From Phoronis australis (Eukaryota; Animalia; Phoronida): a DNA stretch of 64,000 nt. Positions 38,874-52,479 of this stretch are shown here, piece by piece. A program made the position numbers and the translations under genes. Position 1 is the first letter of the stretch. The number at the start of each line of letters is the position of its first letter. The notes under the pieces were generated by a model. The model saw nothing but the letters and a program-made list of their open reading frames with translations. It was not told where the DNA came from and did no database searches. The stretch covers positions 123,534 to 187,533 of the forward strand of contig NMRA01000660.1 of NCBI GenBank assembly GCA_002633005.1. The letters are read 5' to 3'.

Positions 38874-41079
38874 GTGAGTGTAATTATCTTCCACCCTCAA
38901 GCTTCAAATTGTTGTCAACAGCCTTTATTCGTCCTGAAACAAGTATTTAACGTAGTATTGGTTTCTCTCACTTTCATCCCTATAGTTTGAAAAAATGCAA
39001 AGCTGAAAATGTAAGGTAATCTTAGCTAGAAATGAATGTTACAACTTTGAACAAGCATTTCTCTTAAAAGTCAAATGTATTTAGGTTTAAACGCTAGAAG
39101 TTATCGGCTTTGTTTTCCGATCGTCGTATGGATGACATCAGTTTTAATTTTCAAATTAAATGTCAGGTGATTAATGGTAGTTCATCCGTCCAGGGAGCCC
39201 CGTTGACTGACACAAAACGTTTGCAGGTTGAGCAAAATAAGATAGCTGAGCTCTCACATACGGAAAGCAATTTACAAAATGCTCCCTTCACTATTAGATG
39301 GTGAAATGTGCGGTACAGCTGCAGACTGAAGAAAGGGTGGCAACCACTGATGAAATCGTTTCTTGCATTTTGTACAGTCAGGCGTGTTATTACCCGTCGT
39401 TGCACTTATCTAGTATACATATTCGACAATCACCGCAGCAAATAGCATTGCATAAGTAAAACACGTGAAGCTTATAATATTTGTGTCGCATGCTAAACAT
39501 TTAAGCATCATTTTATACGCCGAACCTATATTAACCCTGCACACCATGCTAATATTGTTTAATTTGATATGGTATTCTAAGTATGTCTTCTTAAATTTGT
39601 ATATTTTTAATTAAGAAAAAAACAACGCAGCTTCACTCACCAGAGACTACGGTGCGGGAGGCCGACTCGAGTTCGTACGCCTCAACCACCCAAAGTATGC
39701 CAATATGCGAGGTTTAACTCATTACCTGTTTAACATATGGACTGAGTGGCATTTTCACCTCCATCTCCATACCTGTCATAATATTACTCGCCAATTTAAC
39801 TCTCTTAGTCTTCGTAACTCACAAAATCACTACTTTCCTCCATTGCATATATACTGTCAACTGATCGAAGTCTTCCACTCATGACATCACGTCGCGGGAA
39901 ACCAGAAAATCATCAAATTTTCGTTAATGTAAAGGAATTCTCTACTATGTCTAAAAATATATGCTTGTTTAGTAATTTTTTGTGTTATAAAGTTATAATA
40001 CATGGTCTAAAACCTCTAAAACTGCAAACATCCATTTTGGAAGACTTTTTAAAATATCCCAGCCAGTAATTGTTTCATATAACCTTGCCAGAATCGTAGT
40101 ATATAAAATGGTCACTTACTTACAGACGTGGTTGAAATTAATTAGCAGACCTTACGACCTGGTCCGCCAGGTCTTTGTTGATGAATGAGGGATTTCCCGC
40201 CTTTGCTTGTTAAGAATGCTGGAGTACATGGGGGGTAAGTGGAGTCCCCTGTCCCGGTTCAAGAGGGGGCGCTGAGTAAGCGACAATTTTATATACTAAA
40301 ATGTCTCTAGAGACCAATGACGAACTATTCTCCAGACTTGCAAAAATCGTTTTGGTTAGCGTATATGTACTTCACGGGTAGGTGAAACAGTTTGCTATTG
40401 AACCTTAGTATCACAACATATGTGTTCAACGGTATCCAAAAATGCTAGTGTCCCTTGTAGAAATATCTGTGATTAACTGACTACTCCAAAAGGTCCATCA
40501 ATACATTTATATTACGTTGGCATGACCAAGCAGTGTCGGATTCAAAAGGTATCTCACGGGGAGAAAATCTAGTAGCTAAAACTGCGTTCTCTCTTTGTAA
40601 ATACGCGAATATATCCTGCAGAATCTCGGGAGGTATGGCTTTTCTAGCGAGGTAATATCGTTACTCATGTCCAGTGAGGCTTTATTCCCGCGATACAGCT
40701 TCCTGTCAATGACTTTACGTCTTTCGACGGCCCTCATGTAGTTTGTTAAAGGTAGTGGCATTTGCCCATGTATGTCCTAAATGTGAGCACAATAGTGCAG
40801 TGAAAACAACTTTAAAAAAACATTCTTACGCTCAAAATAAGCTTTATAAACTTCTTGATGAACGGCATTGATTATATCTGACGCGTTATTGTTTTCCCAG
40901 CGATCAGACAGTGCATGATGCTGTCATGAAACTCTATTTCCCCCAAAGAGAAAATGGATGTCCAATCTCAGAGCAAATCACGTAGATTAACGTACATGAA
41001 CGTGATGGCTTGATCCGTCAACGTTATCGCACTTGGACTAGTACTTTCACTTATTTATATCGAGTGTCTTCGGTTTTAG

Positions 41080-41143
41080 GTATATGTGCCCAAAGGACGA
41101 GTGCTCCACAAGCACAGTGTTTGGGACTGGGACGTATTCTTAT
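41080..41143 (+). CDS. Gene B exon 3, LCCL N-half: YMCPKDECSTSTVFGTGTYSY
   Basis: ttttag acceptor and gtaagt donor, 64 nt, phase 2 to 0. CPxxxC...VxGTxxY LCCL pattern. Confidence 0.9.
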
Positions 41144-42345
41144 GTAAGTGAAGACTTTTGTAAAGCTACTGTTTGCCCAGTCTATCTTAAGTTGTAGAAT
41201 TCGAAATGATAGGAGTAGTAGAAGATGTTGCAATTAAACATGTACATGTAGTGGTGGTGCTGCTGTCAGCAATAGAAATATTAGAATTAGTACTTCACAA
41301 TCACAAAACAAAATGTCTCGATCACTTGTGTCGTTTATAAACCTTAGCATGCTGATTCGATTGGGACTGAGTGAACACTACGCGCTGCTTGGCTTTTATG
41401 AATTTATAATGTCTGACAAGATGGCTGCCGCGTACGATGAGATTCCATATTGCATGCTGAATTTTCATCTAAATACAGTCGAAAGTGGTGTTGGTATGGA
41501 TTTGTATGTTCCGAATGCCAATGATACAGTCTTGCCATTGTTTTGGACATTACAATTAGGTTGTAAGAGAAATCTGAGAAAAAACATATATCGCGACAAG
41601 TGACCTCAGCCTGGAACACCGTGGCAAGATTGCCTAGAGACACACAACTTCTGTATCTGAAATAGGAAACCTTGGAAAAGAGAAGCCAGCACCTCCCTCG
41701 TCGTTTTCCAGTTTAGAGCTATCCACCTGATTCTTGTGTTCTTTGGTAGGCCATTCATAACACATTTCCGCGAAAGCATTGTTTGTATGATATGAAGCTG
41801 TTATGTGGACATCACAAGACAAGTTTCACTGTTGCCCAGCTTTGGCCATTGACTTGTTGCACACACAATTCCTCTGCCTTTTGTTGCACAGAATCAGGAA
41901 TGTTAGTTTTCACCCACTGACCATTATATCTGAGACGAAGAGCTGTACATGCAGCTTCACCCTAATGGCATATGTACAGTGATGGTAGACCGATTAGGTG
42001 TCCTAAGGCTGCGGAAGCCATCCTTGGAAAAGCAGAGGTAATTCACAATCAAGCTTAACGTTGCAGCTGATCGAGTTTGTGGATAATTGCACTCTGTTTT
42101 AACGCCGTTAACCATACTGACTCAGCATATGACATTATACGTCGGATAACAGCAGTATACATGTAAATCCAAAACATACTCTTGGGAGAAATTTCCAAGT
42201 TTTATCCATTGCATGACTGCATCTCACCAGCTCAGTTTTGGCTTCGAGTTTTTTGTGCAAGATGATTCTCTAAATAAAATAATAGTCGGATAAGTCGCGT
42301 TGTCTACAAAATCAAGATTGAGCGATAAATGTTGCATTGACCATT

Positions 42346-42750
42346 TAAAGGAGAATGCCACCCGATTTAATTAGTCTTTTTTGCCGTCTTAATCGGTCTA
42401 TATCCACTTCGCCTAGAATACGGTCGACCTTACCTTGCCAAGAGGTGTCGCGTTAACCTGTGAGGAAGGTGAGAAACGACGCTAGCGACTTCAGTGGTTC
42501 ATATGCAGAGTGAATGCCGCTACGTTGCGGTGCATCGTTCCCGCTTGTCCGAACTAAGCAGCTGCGAGGAAAGCGGGTACATCATTTTTTTTTACTTCCT
42601 CGAGAGTCCGAAATGCTTAGGAAGTGGCTCATGGTAGTCAATAATCATATGTACCCTGTAAATAGCAAGTATGAGGCTGTGAAACATCTCCGTGTCTGTG
42701 GCCTGCAGACGTCGTCGACAGTGCCTGACGAATGCTGGCTTACCAAATAA
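42346..42750 (+). mobile_element. 5' end of a THAP-bearing DNA transposon remnant (TTAA-flanked)
   Basis: ORF with FFLLP...LRKWL...LRVCGL, a degenerate THAP pattern. Homologous partial copy at about 61400-61660. Confidence 0.6.
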
Positions 42751-44244
42751 CTCCATACGTTCCGTTGTCTGAGCTTGTTCACTGCGCCTCTCTAGTATTT
42801 CTTCATCACTGTATTACTGTTCGAATTGATGGCCTGTGGAACTTAACGATCCACCTGCGAAGTCGGGATTGATGAGCTCTAGCTCGTCCTTAGTCGGAAT
42901 TGCGAGTTGCCATATTGGCGTTTATTACTGACCGTTCTGTTTCAAAATGATATATTCTCACCCTAACCAATACTTATATAAAACTCTGTCTCATTAGATG
43001 CAATTTGTAATGCATTTGGAATGTTCGTGAGTGCAAATGATTTGAGAAGCCAGCATTGAATAAATCACTGCGTTACCGGCTTTAGGTGCTGGCAATAAAA
43101 CTAAGTGACGGGACACCGAGGACGTGTGAGCTCATGCTAATTTAGTGTTTGGTGGCAGAAAATGTTGTGAAACAACTCGATTTCGATCCCGCGGTCAGGT
43201 GTTAGGGGAATCTTTATTTACATTTACATTTACATTACTCAAATAATGATTGTCAAAGTACAATTTCTGCCCTGACGGTGCTGTGGCCAAAGCGGAACCT
43301 AAATTCGCGGCCCCCGACGAGTAAGTAGATTTCCAGTGTCGTGGCTAATTCACCAACATAATCAGGTGCACATTACTTTGGCTTACTAGTATAGTATTTT
43401 CTTGACTGGAAGTTAAGTTTCCACTGAACTTTGGCTGGTTTTTGTTCGTGATGTCTGTTCAGTTTCCGAACCACTGGCCAGGATAACGAGTCAATCCGGC
43501 CGGACGCGACGGGCCAGATCGGGCTCCGAGCCACTGGCCAGGATAACAAGCGTTTTGTGTTTAGAACTCAAAAATCACAGATCTAGGTTCTCCTGTCTGT
43601 ATCTCACGGAAAATACTTCGAAATTATCTCCGAACAGACCCCAAACTCCTGCTACGGACCTTATTGGCCTGCCGAACTTTGTAGGCTACGGTGTGTCCAA
43701 ATGCCAATAAATCCGTAAGAGCGAAATAAAACAACACGTTTTTATAAGAAATCGGTGTATTTTTGAGGATTTTATATCGAAGTTTGATGATTTATTGGTG
43801 TTAAACGATGACTTCAAGCGATGAGATGACACCACTAACCCGTGTTGTGAACTGCTGAACAGACGGCGTGTGAAACCGATGACGTCATTGGATAATTTCA
43901 ACACCTCCATCTGCCGTCAGGTGTCACGTAACGCAGCCGTACGTGTCGTTATGGCGTTATGGAGTAGGACTACTCGATCTAAATTGGTACAAATTTGGTT
44001 GTTTTTTGGTTGGCATGCATGCTCCTTTAAGCTTCGATGTGAACATAACACCTTTGTTTTGCTACCACTAATTTCTAAGCCAACTGACTTACCCATGTGA
44101 CTGGTGCATTCAGTGAACTTTGAGCAATAAAACGACATGTGACGTGATCGTTGGTGGACACACTAAGAACAATATCAACTTCATATCAACTTTAACGTCA
44201 AGCTTGTACCAATTCCAGCCGATAATTGTAGAAGTAGATCATCC

Positions 44245-45300
44245 AGAACCTGTTGAAGAGGGTGGTTGAGGCAGCGCCGCCTGAGGTGTTCCCCTGGTGA
44301 TCCGATCTGCCACACCTATACCCTACCATCTAGACAAGTAGTCACAGATTGACTTTCGAACATGATAATGATCCGCCTAGAAAAGCACCTGCTCACTTTA
44401 AAGTGGTTTAGTGCTACTCCGATTGCCTCTTGCTTAATATTGCTGAAAGCACCAACAAGGCCACAGAAGAAGCAGAGGGGAAATTGCTCATTAAAAACCG
44501 CCCTTTCCAGTCTAGTATGCAGATGATGTCTCTGTATATACATTACCGAGTTGGGTAATAAACTAATTACAAACTTTTCAGATAGCCAAACAGCAATTAA
44601 AGCCCTAAACAAACCAAGACCAGATATATATGTAGTAGTGTTAATGCTTGTATTATTGAGCTTAACGAGCTTGCAATTGAAATAACCATCAATACACACT
44701 GGGTCAGGTCCCATGTGCGAATTGATGGCAATGAAAATGCATACAAACTTGCAAAGACAGCGTGTACCAGAACCTGCTATTCGAATATACCCTACGGATA
44801 CTACAGGATGAGTATATGCAACTGGGTGCATACACAGTCAGCAGGGCAGTGGGCATCGCTTAACTCCTACAATGAAACCAAGCACTTTCCCTGCACGATC
44901 AAACCAGAAGTTTCTATAGATCTTCTGAGTCTTGATAAATTGGGCATAAGACCGTCATTCAAATTTTGACGGGCCACTGTAAACTAACCCGACACAGAAA
45001 TATTTGTGGGCATGTAGGGAGCCCATTGTGCCTCGAGTGTGGTTCTGATATTAAAACCCTTAAATATCGGGTAGAGTCTTGTCCAGCTTTTTACACCCTA
45101 AGGAGAACCCTGCTGGATGGCACTTTTACATGCACATGCCCGTTTTCTTAAAGCATACAGGCAGACTTGAAAACTTCCTTCACGAAGAACCGGTTGGTCT
45201 ATAACAAGGTTCTAGTATTTTACACCAGGTGTTTAGTGCAATGGGCCCAACTGTGAGGCCGATGCATCTTAAATGATATCAGGCCACCTGCACTCTTTTT
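44245..45300 (+). mobile_element. 5'-truncated non-LTR retrotransposon with RNase H and C-terminal zinc knuckle (I/LOA/R1 group)
   Basis: FSDSQTAIKAL, WVRSHVRIDGNENAYKLAK and LTGHCKL...SPLCLECG...VESCPAF. Frameshifted. Outer boundaries approximate. Confidence 0.8.
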
Positions 45301-45369
45301 ATATAGCGAGGAAACGCATGTGTGGCATGTATTTTGGTTTTAAGGAACGTATAATGAATTTGTATTAAC

Positions 45370-45595
45370 TGATGGATGCGTGCATGTATTTATTTCAGCG
45401 TGTAGTACATGTGTGCACGTATGTATGTACATGTGCCTTTCACATTAGGGTACTGCGATTGCTATAGCCCCCTCTTTTTTCAGTGCTGCGCCGCCGAAAA
45501 CGTATTCATGCTTGTATATGTTTATGTAAATGTATTTATGTATGTATGTTGGATTGTATGTAGAATTTTATGCACATATGTATGTGTGTGTAATG
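45370..45595. repeat. Low-complexity (TATG/TGTA)-rich tract
   Basis: Repeated tgta/tatg units. Confidence 0.6.
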
Positions 45596-45730
45596 GGAAT
45601 CTAAAGTATATCTTGTTAACTTCAAGTACTATACGCTTAATGCAACAGCAAATAATCTTTGTGAAGAGAAAGGACAACAAATCTTAATGATGTTGAGAAC
45701 ACCCAAAGACTGATTATTGTTTTTAAAACT

Positions 45731-46577
45731 CCCTCGTTCCCAAGACCCCACGACTCGAACACCACACGACCCGCACACCCCTCGACCCGCAAGACCACCT
45801 CGACCGACAACCCCTACGACCCACAACCCTTTCGACCCACGACCTGTGGCAATAGGTGTCTCTTTGCGCTTTAATTCTAACACATATAACAATCATATTA
45901 CGTCAATGAATGACTCTCCCACAAGAATTACCTAGACTAGTATCTGCTCTGGCTCAAGCCAGGTGGTTAAAAACAGAAAGTGGTGTAAGAACATGATGAA
46001 TTGTGAGCGTGCGATCGTTACCACGGGAATTGTTCCAAGAGCGGATACCAATGGCCACGTACTATTAAACTTAGGGAGATAGTACCTTAACGTGAATAGA
46101 CAAAAATTAACATTTGTATTGATTGCTTTCTGTTGTATAATCGTTTACACTGTACTCCTTGCAACGTTGGAATACTTTGTAGTTGTTTATCTGTATTTAC
46201 TAAAGAAATTCCATATTCATCAGTTCCTCCCCAAAAAGCTTGAATCTGCCATACACTGAAGAACAGACGAGACGATTACACGTTGCCGGGAACAACATTT
46301 GTAGCGATGGTAGGTCGCGATGTATTTTTTTCTGTTTTTGGCCTTCAAACTTTCAGAATCGACTCGTTTAATTGCAAAAACATGGAAATCAACCGAGTTT
46401 ACGGCCTCCCTGGTTGGTCCTGGAAGTCAGCTCTTGTTCTACAAGTACATGACACTGTATGATCAGATCAAGTCGAACTTGTGCAGACTGGGTCGACGGT
46501 TGTGTAGGCCGTGGGTCCATTGAGTCGTGGGTCTAGGAGGTCGGGGTGGGGGGTCGATGGGGTCTTAGAACAATCCA
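45731..46577. mobile_element. Foldback/MITE-like element with inverted arms made of short CGACCC repeats
   Basis: Left arm gttcccaagacccc followed by (cgaccc)n. Right arm (gggtcg)n followed by ggggtcttagaac. Confidence 0.65.
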
Positions 46578-47082
46578 CAGACAGATGATGAAGTTGCATG
46601 AAAGATAATATTTGCAAAAGTTTACGTCTTGCTCCGGGAGAATCATCCTGTTCAAATACTTGATGGTTTACCAAAAATCTACTTACAAATAAAATGTCAA
46701 GATTGTTGGAAATTTTCGGCATTGATTAATATTCAGCAACATTAAATGTTTCAATCACATACTCCGCATTGGAAATAATGAAATCGTAGAATTCCTAACT
46801 AGATTAAGTTCTGTATTGCGTGAGTAAAACGAATATTAATTTAATTGAGTGACCACTTTATGGTGATTCAAAGCAACTTAGAAAAAAAAAACAAGAATGG
46901 ACGACACAAAAACATTTCTTTGGTATTGTGTACACGCATGTATGTCAGAGGATATTTGTACTGTAATTTGAACATAAACTGTACTACTGTTTAGTGGTAG
47001 GTGGTAATTCTCGTGAAGTTCAGCTCCCAGTCAGTGACACCGAAATCTTATCTTCAGTACGAATGTCATGCTTGAAATTCAG

Positions 47083-47228
47083 GATTCAAGTATTTGTCGG
47101 GCTGCTTGGCACGATAGTAGAATCTTACCTTGGAGCGATAACGAAGAGGATAGAACGGTCAACTGGACACAGCCTGCTGATTTAGACGAGTATTACAGAA
47201 CAAGGCGTTATGGGTTTACGACAACTGG
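47083..47228 (+). CDS. Gene B exon 4, LCCL C-half: DSSICRAAWHDSRILPWSDNEEDRTVNWTQPADLDEYYRTRRYGFTTT(G)
   Basis: 146 nt, phase 0 to 2. The junction gives YSY|DSSICRAAWH, the LCCL core YxxxSSICxAAxH. Confidence 0.92.
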
Positions 47229-48002
47229 GTAAGATCGACAATATAACATAGCTTTAAAGTTGTACTAAGTTCGTTTTGACGTTTTCATCCCGATTTCTTC
47301 TCAAGACACCTGTTATTGCATAGTTAGTTTACATTTGGGAGATAAAACGTTTGCTCCGCTAATTATCCTACCGGTTTTATTAGAGGGTTTGTGTTTCTGG
47401 GCATAAATATTCCATGTAGTCCCTGATAAACTTCGAATGCGTGGGCAACAATTACCCATTTGACACAATTTGAAAACTGTTGTCAAGTGGCCTCCTATTA
47501 ACTAATGATATTTGATAATGGTGTGTGGGGCTGGCTCCGTTTTATTTTGAAATTTCAAGTAGTATAGGGACTGAACTCGGTTGCTTTTCACATTCGGGCC
47601 TATGTTAAACAGCTCTAGTGATGTTTTGATCTCTGTGCAAGTATATCAATGCAAATTCGTCACAAAATTGTAGTCAGAAACCTAAGCCTAGATGGCATCT
47701 AAAAACTACAAATTTTCTTAAGAACTTGGTACGCATCTTACAAAGAATGGCGATTTTTGTTAATGTAGTATCTTATTGTCTTTGTATCATTTTGTGTTGC
47801 CGATATTTTAACACAAGTTCTTTGTCAATCATCTTCCACGTTTATATTCATTGTCACGAACATGGCTTAGTTTGTGTGTTATTTCAACCCACTAGTTGAC
47901 TGTTTTAAATGTTTCCACGTCACTGCGATTTCGTTCCTTCTTGTTTCATTATATTGCGTTCTTACGCCTCTGTGTAATATAGTGATGTAATTGTCATTGA
48001 AG

Positions 48003-48052
48003 GCATCGCGGAACGTGTGGCGCTAGGAATTTCACAAGTCCAAGGATAAAAG
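48003..48052 (+). CDS. Gene B exon 5: HRGTCGARNFTSPRIK
   Basis: 50 nt, phase 2 to 1, strong AG|gtaagt donor. Bridges the phases of exons 4 and 6. Acceptor (gaag) is weaker. Confidence 0.72.
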
Positions 48053-48194
48053 GTAAGTTCAACTAGATGATATACTGGGTAAAAGCAACGACAATCGTCA
48101 TTCTAATTGCCGACAAAACCTACAAGTTCTGCAGGGTACAGTAGTTAGAGTCATCGAAATAGTGAACGAATTTAAAGGTTTCATTGACTTTTAA

Positions 48195-51100
48195 GAGGCA
48201 GTCCATATAAAAACCAGTACATTTTCAAATAATCGGGCTTGACTACATTATAAAAACTTCATTTTTGTACATGCATTGGTATCCTAACAGACTTCTAAAT
48301 GCCACATTTTGTGCAGTCAATGACCTCTATTTTCTCTGCTGCAGCATGAGATCACAATGGATCATATTAACCGTCTCCAAAATTGCATGTTTTCAGCAAC
48401 GAAAAAGGTAACTTCCAAAATAGATTGAAAAATGTACTTGGTTTGCTGGAATAACCAATTTAATACGTGCATAATTATTTGGCATCTATTCAAATTTGAC
48501 AGCTTTCTGCTAGACAGGAGAGTCCAAAGTGGTCCACAGACCACTTTTCCCAGGAAAATTTGATGGTCGTTTTTGTGACCCTTTTATCGCCATAATGCAC
48601 CTTTGAACTTACAGCTAAAGAGTAAAGTTTGTTGAATAAGTAAAAAACATCTTTCTTCAACTTTACATTTTAGGGAAAGTAGTGTTGCAAAACTATCTAT
48701 TAAGGAAACAATGAGCAGACAGTTGACATTAGGTTTGAATATATACGAAAAACTTGTACATATAACCCTCTTGTTTTTTTTCCATTATCATTTCTTTGAC
48801 ATTGATCAGGTTAATTTAAACATTATGTAGAATTCTTAACGGGGAATAAATGACTTTGATAGAGTATGATCTTCTACTAGCCAGATTAGGTTAATTTGTG
48901 ACAGAGCAGGAACAGTCGTGGAGGAGTCAAATGATATGCTATGTTCACCGAACAGAATTTGTCCCGGATTTTACCCACGCAGAACGTATCTGTATCCTGA
49001 ACACCCAGGATCTTCCAGAGAGAACCTAAGCAAGGTATTGACTTCAACATGTCACAGTAGACATTAGATAAGTTTGGACAGCTTGTTCCAGTGGGTTCAG
49101 GTGGGAGGATCGTTTTCTGACATAACCTTCTTGATATCTGTTATAGTATTATTTATAGAGATCCTAACTGAGGTACCTGCATAATCCGAAACAGCTGATT
49201 CTGAAGCTATACCTTCACCAACAGTTCAAACTGTCTCTACACCACATCGAAATTGATACCACTACGTGAACCTTCGACTTCAAGATCCACGAGATCAAGT
49301 GTTGCAGTTAAAGTTAAATGACCGAACTTTGACTTCGAGTGCTCGCCATACATTATATCTTTTATAGTAGTTAATCGCAGTTTGTTGTTGAGGTGAAAAA
49401 AAACAGTTGTCAGTGCAGTGGCGTAGCGAGCATCACCTTGTCCTCCGTCGGCACCTCATGTGCAATCCGCTCCCCTTTTGGTAGCTGGTGAACAGATGCG
49501 TAGTACCCCCTGCTTGACGACACCAGTTTGGCGCCCCCTTTCGACAGGCGCCCAGGGGCATTTGTCCCCTGATCCCCCTTGCTACGCCACAGAGTCAGTC
49601 ACTCGGTAGATTTGCTGTTAAGTCCAGACGGTTGAACGTTGTTGACCTAATTTCTGTCATGAACTGTCATTCATTATTTTTTTCTGGACCTCGAATGTTT
49701 ACTTTCTTATACCGTTGATGATAGCACTGTTAGAGGTTTTCAACTATTGAGTGGCCGAGAGGGAGGGGGGGGGGGGTGGAAACTCCATATTTCTGTGTAC
49801 CCATGGAAACCAAACTTTGTACATGTAGCAACCCTAGGAGACATTACAATACATTATGAACTCAAAATTGCAACGACTTTTGACTGTGTGGAAAGCTTAC
49901 ATTGTTTGCACTGAACAGGGCCGCTTGGCTCCCTTGGGTGGCTCCCTCCTATACCAGTCGCTCTTACAACGAAGATAAAAAACAAGAGCAAGGCAGATTC
50001 GACTTCTAAATGTGTTCAGAGTAGACATGTTAACAAATAGCAACGCCATATATCCTTTAGACGAAGCACGCATGCCAGTCACANAAAAAAAAAACACTTG
50101 TCAGTGCAGTGGCGTAGCGAGTACCACCTTGTCCTCCGTCGGCACCTCATGTGCTATCCGCTCCCCTTTTGGTACCTGGTTAACAGATGCGTAGTACCCC
50201 CTGCTTGACGACACCAGTTTGGCGCCCCCTTTCGACAGGCGCCCAGGGGCATTTGTCCCCTGATCCCCCTTGCTACGCCACGGAGTCAGTCACTCGGTAG
50301 GTTTGCTGTTAAGTCCAGACGGTTGAACGTTGTTGACCTAATTTCTGTCATGAACTGTCTTTCATTACTTTTTTCTGGACCTCGAATGTTTGCTTTCTTA
50401 TACCGTTGATGATAGCACTGTTAGAGGTTTTCAACTATTGAGTGGCAGAGAAGGAGGGGGGTGGAAACTCCATATTTCTGTGTACCCATGGAGACCAAAC
50501 TTTGTACATGTAGCAACCCTAGGAGACATTACAATACATTATGAACCCAAAATTGCAATGACTTTTGACTGTGCGGAAAGCTTACATTGTTTGCACTGAA
50601 CAAGGGAGTTTGGCTCCCTTGGGTGGCTCCCTCCTATACCAGTCGCTCTTACAACGAAGATAAAAAACAAGAGCAAGGCAGATTCGACGTCTAAATGTGT
50701 TCAGAGTAGACATGTAAACAAACAGCAACGCCATATATCCTTTAGACGAAGCACGCATGCCAGTCACAATTTAAGTACATATTTTTTTATAATTAACACA
50801 AATCGTCATCTGGTTTTCAGAGAACTGTAATTAGTAATGATGCCAAAAATAATAGCTTTTACGCGGTGTATTTGCAAGCTAATTACATGTTCCAAGAGCC
50901 CCCTATTGGTGGCTGAGGCAACTGAGAACTGTCAAATAGGACGAAGTGCAGTTCGTGTAATACTTTGTAAGATAAAACTACGGTAGAGGCAAAATTTATT
51001 ATTTTATATTATGAACAGGTTAGGAATGAATGAACAAATCATATTAAATTTAGTTCTTGGAAAGTTGCAGTATGGCTGCTACAAAGTGCCAAATTTTTCC

Positions 51101-51407
51101 AAGAATAGCTTCAGTGAAAACTAAGTACCCATTTTTCCACGCAAAATCATAACATACAAATTTGAAAACAAATTTTGAAAGTGATTCCATTAAATTATTC
51201 ATTACCCGCCTTTTGAAATCGTGTCACTCATCTGTTATCAGATCAATATACTTGCTAGTAAAATGCATTCAATCTTGTCTATTTCGGCGCCTAAATTTGT
51301 TGCAAAATGGAGATTTTTCTACATTTCACCACACCAAACTCATGCGCTAAGTTTCAAAACAATCGGTGATTACCTACCTGTAGTGTTGGTTTTATAAGGA
51401 AACACTC
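48195..51407. mobile_element. Kolobok-like non-autonomous element (~3.2 kb including an internal duplication)
   Basis: ttaa|GAGGCAGTCCATATAAAAACCA ... TGGTTTTATAAGGAAACACTC|ttaa. Confidence 0.7.
49406..50768. repeat. ~690 bp near-identical tandem duplication joined at a single N; each unit contains a CAGTGGCGTAGC...GCTACGCCAC hAT-type MITE
   Basis: 49411 aligns with 50102 and 50083 with 50768. N at 50084. Confidence 0.92.
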
Positions 51408-51982
51408 TTAATTCTTTTTAAGGTATTGCTTTAGTTTTTGCTAACATAACAGGTAGTAGAAAACAAAATGAAATGCATCACATTTTACATAAAAATTTGC
51501 AGTTCTAGAATAACACTTCTTGAACAAGATTACAATTTGCTAGCACAAATGGGTGGTATTAATGATTTGTATATAGTATCAATTCCGTCATGGGGAGGGC
51601 AACAAATCAAAATTGCCCTGTGTTCCACCCTCTCCTGGTCTTCCCCAAATTTGTCTTTGTCCTCTCCATATTCTTCAACAACGTCAGTCAATGTGGTCGC
51701 CATATTTGTCACCAACTTGAAGCATTGTGGTAGCGGTACTTGTCATAGCATTCGCAGGATTTTTATGTCAAGCCCAACTTTGACCGTGCAAAACAAAACG
51801 CTTACCACAGGGATGTTAGAGGAACAGACCGGGCAACTCTGCGACGATGGTTTTGCTAACTGCCCCTTCCTGGAAATGTTTTCGTGGTGAAACCGATAAT
51901 CATCCCGAAGAAACATAGATTCGTTTGTTGTGCACCGTGGGCGCATACCATCGCTTTGCGTTGTTCTTGTGACATTTTTCAG

Positions 51983-52270
51983 AACCGCTATACAACATCA
52001 GCGTGCTTGTGTCTTTATATGGTGGTGACGTCAGAGTGTATGGTGGAAGTAACGTTCACATCGGCACAGACCCCATAGAGGGCGGAGTGCACTTGAATAT
52101 AGGGTCAAGTGGTGCTACTCCAGCGCTTGTATCCAACGGAAACGTAGGCACGGGACCTAATGCTTATGCCCAATACACAAAACAGGACAAGTTTACTGCT
52201 TACTACTTCACAGTTGACAAGAAGAATCTCTACTCGTGGGTGATTGTTCCTGTCTTGGCCATTTCAGCAG
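51983..52270 (+). CDS. Gene B exon 6, Tie-like N-terminal beta domain: (E)PLYNISVLVSLYGGDVRVYGG...YYFTVDKKNLYSWVIVPVLAISA
   Basis: tttttcag acceptor and CAG|gtgggt donor, 288 nt, open, phase 1-1. The domain label is an inference. Confidence 0.8.
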
Positions 52271-52479
52271 GTGGGTGCTATGTCTTCAGCTGACGATCTT
52301 CTTTTTAGGTTGTCACTTGAACTAGTTATTGCTCTTCACAAACGGATATATCTTGAAACTCTGTGAAATCTGTACACTTAGGTTTAAATCATATGAACTA
52401 GATTACTACTTTTATTGAATATCATCATCAGGTTCTGTATATAATACATACCAAGCAAATACATTTCTTGTTAAAATAA

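Noticed and set aside
38986-39010. 25 nt micro-exon candidate LKKCKAEN with good splice signals
   Set aside because: It would replace the essential LCCL N-half, and nothing beyond the splice-like motifs supports it.
41634-41900. Possible second YqaJ/THAP relic (HITAS, GFSFPRFP) on the - strand
   Set aside because: The motif matches are too short and scattered to call.
41980-42037. Phase-compatible candidate exon DGRPIRCPKAAEAILGKAE
   Set aside because: 41080-41143 has the same phases and supplies the proper LCCL motif. This segment lacks it and resembles transposon-end sequence.
48905-49033. Exon-like segment (acag...AAG|gtattg) with one open frame
   Set aside because: The phase required after exon 5 hits a stop codon. 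It lies inside a Kolobok-like element, and exon 5 joins 51983 cleanly without it.
51530-51946. Minus-strand fragments with CPVC and acidic stretches
   Set aside because: Frameshifted, with no convincing domain or termini. At most an unidentifiable relic.
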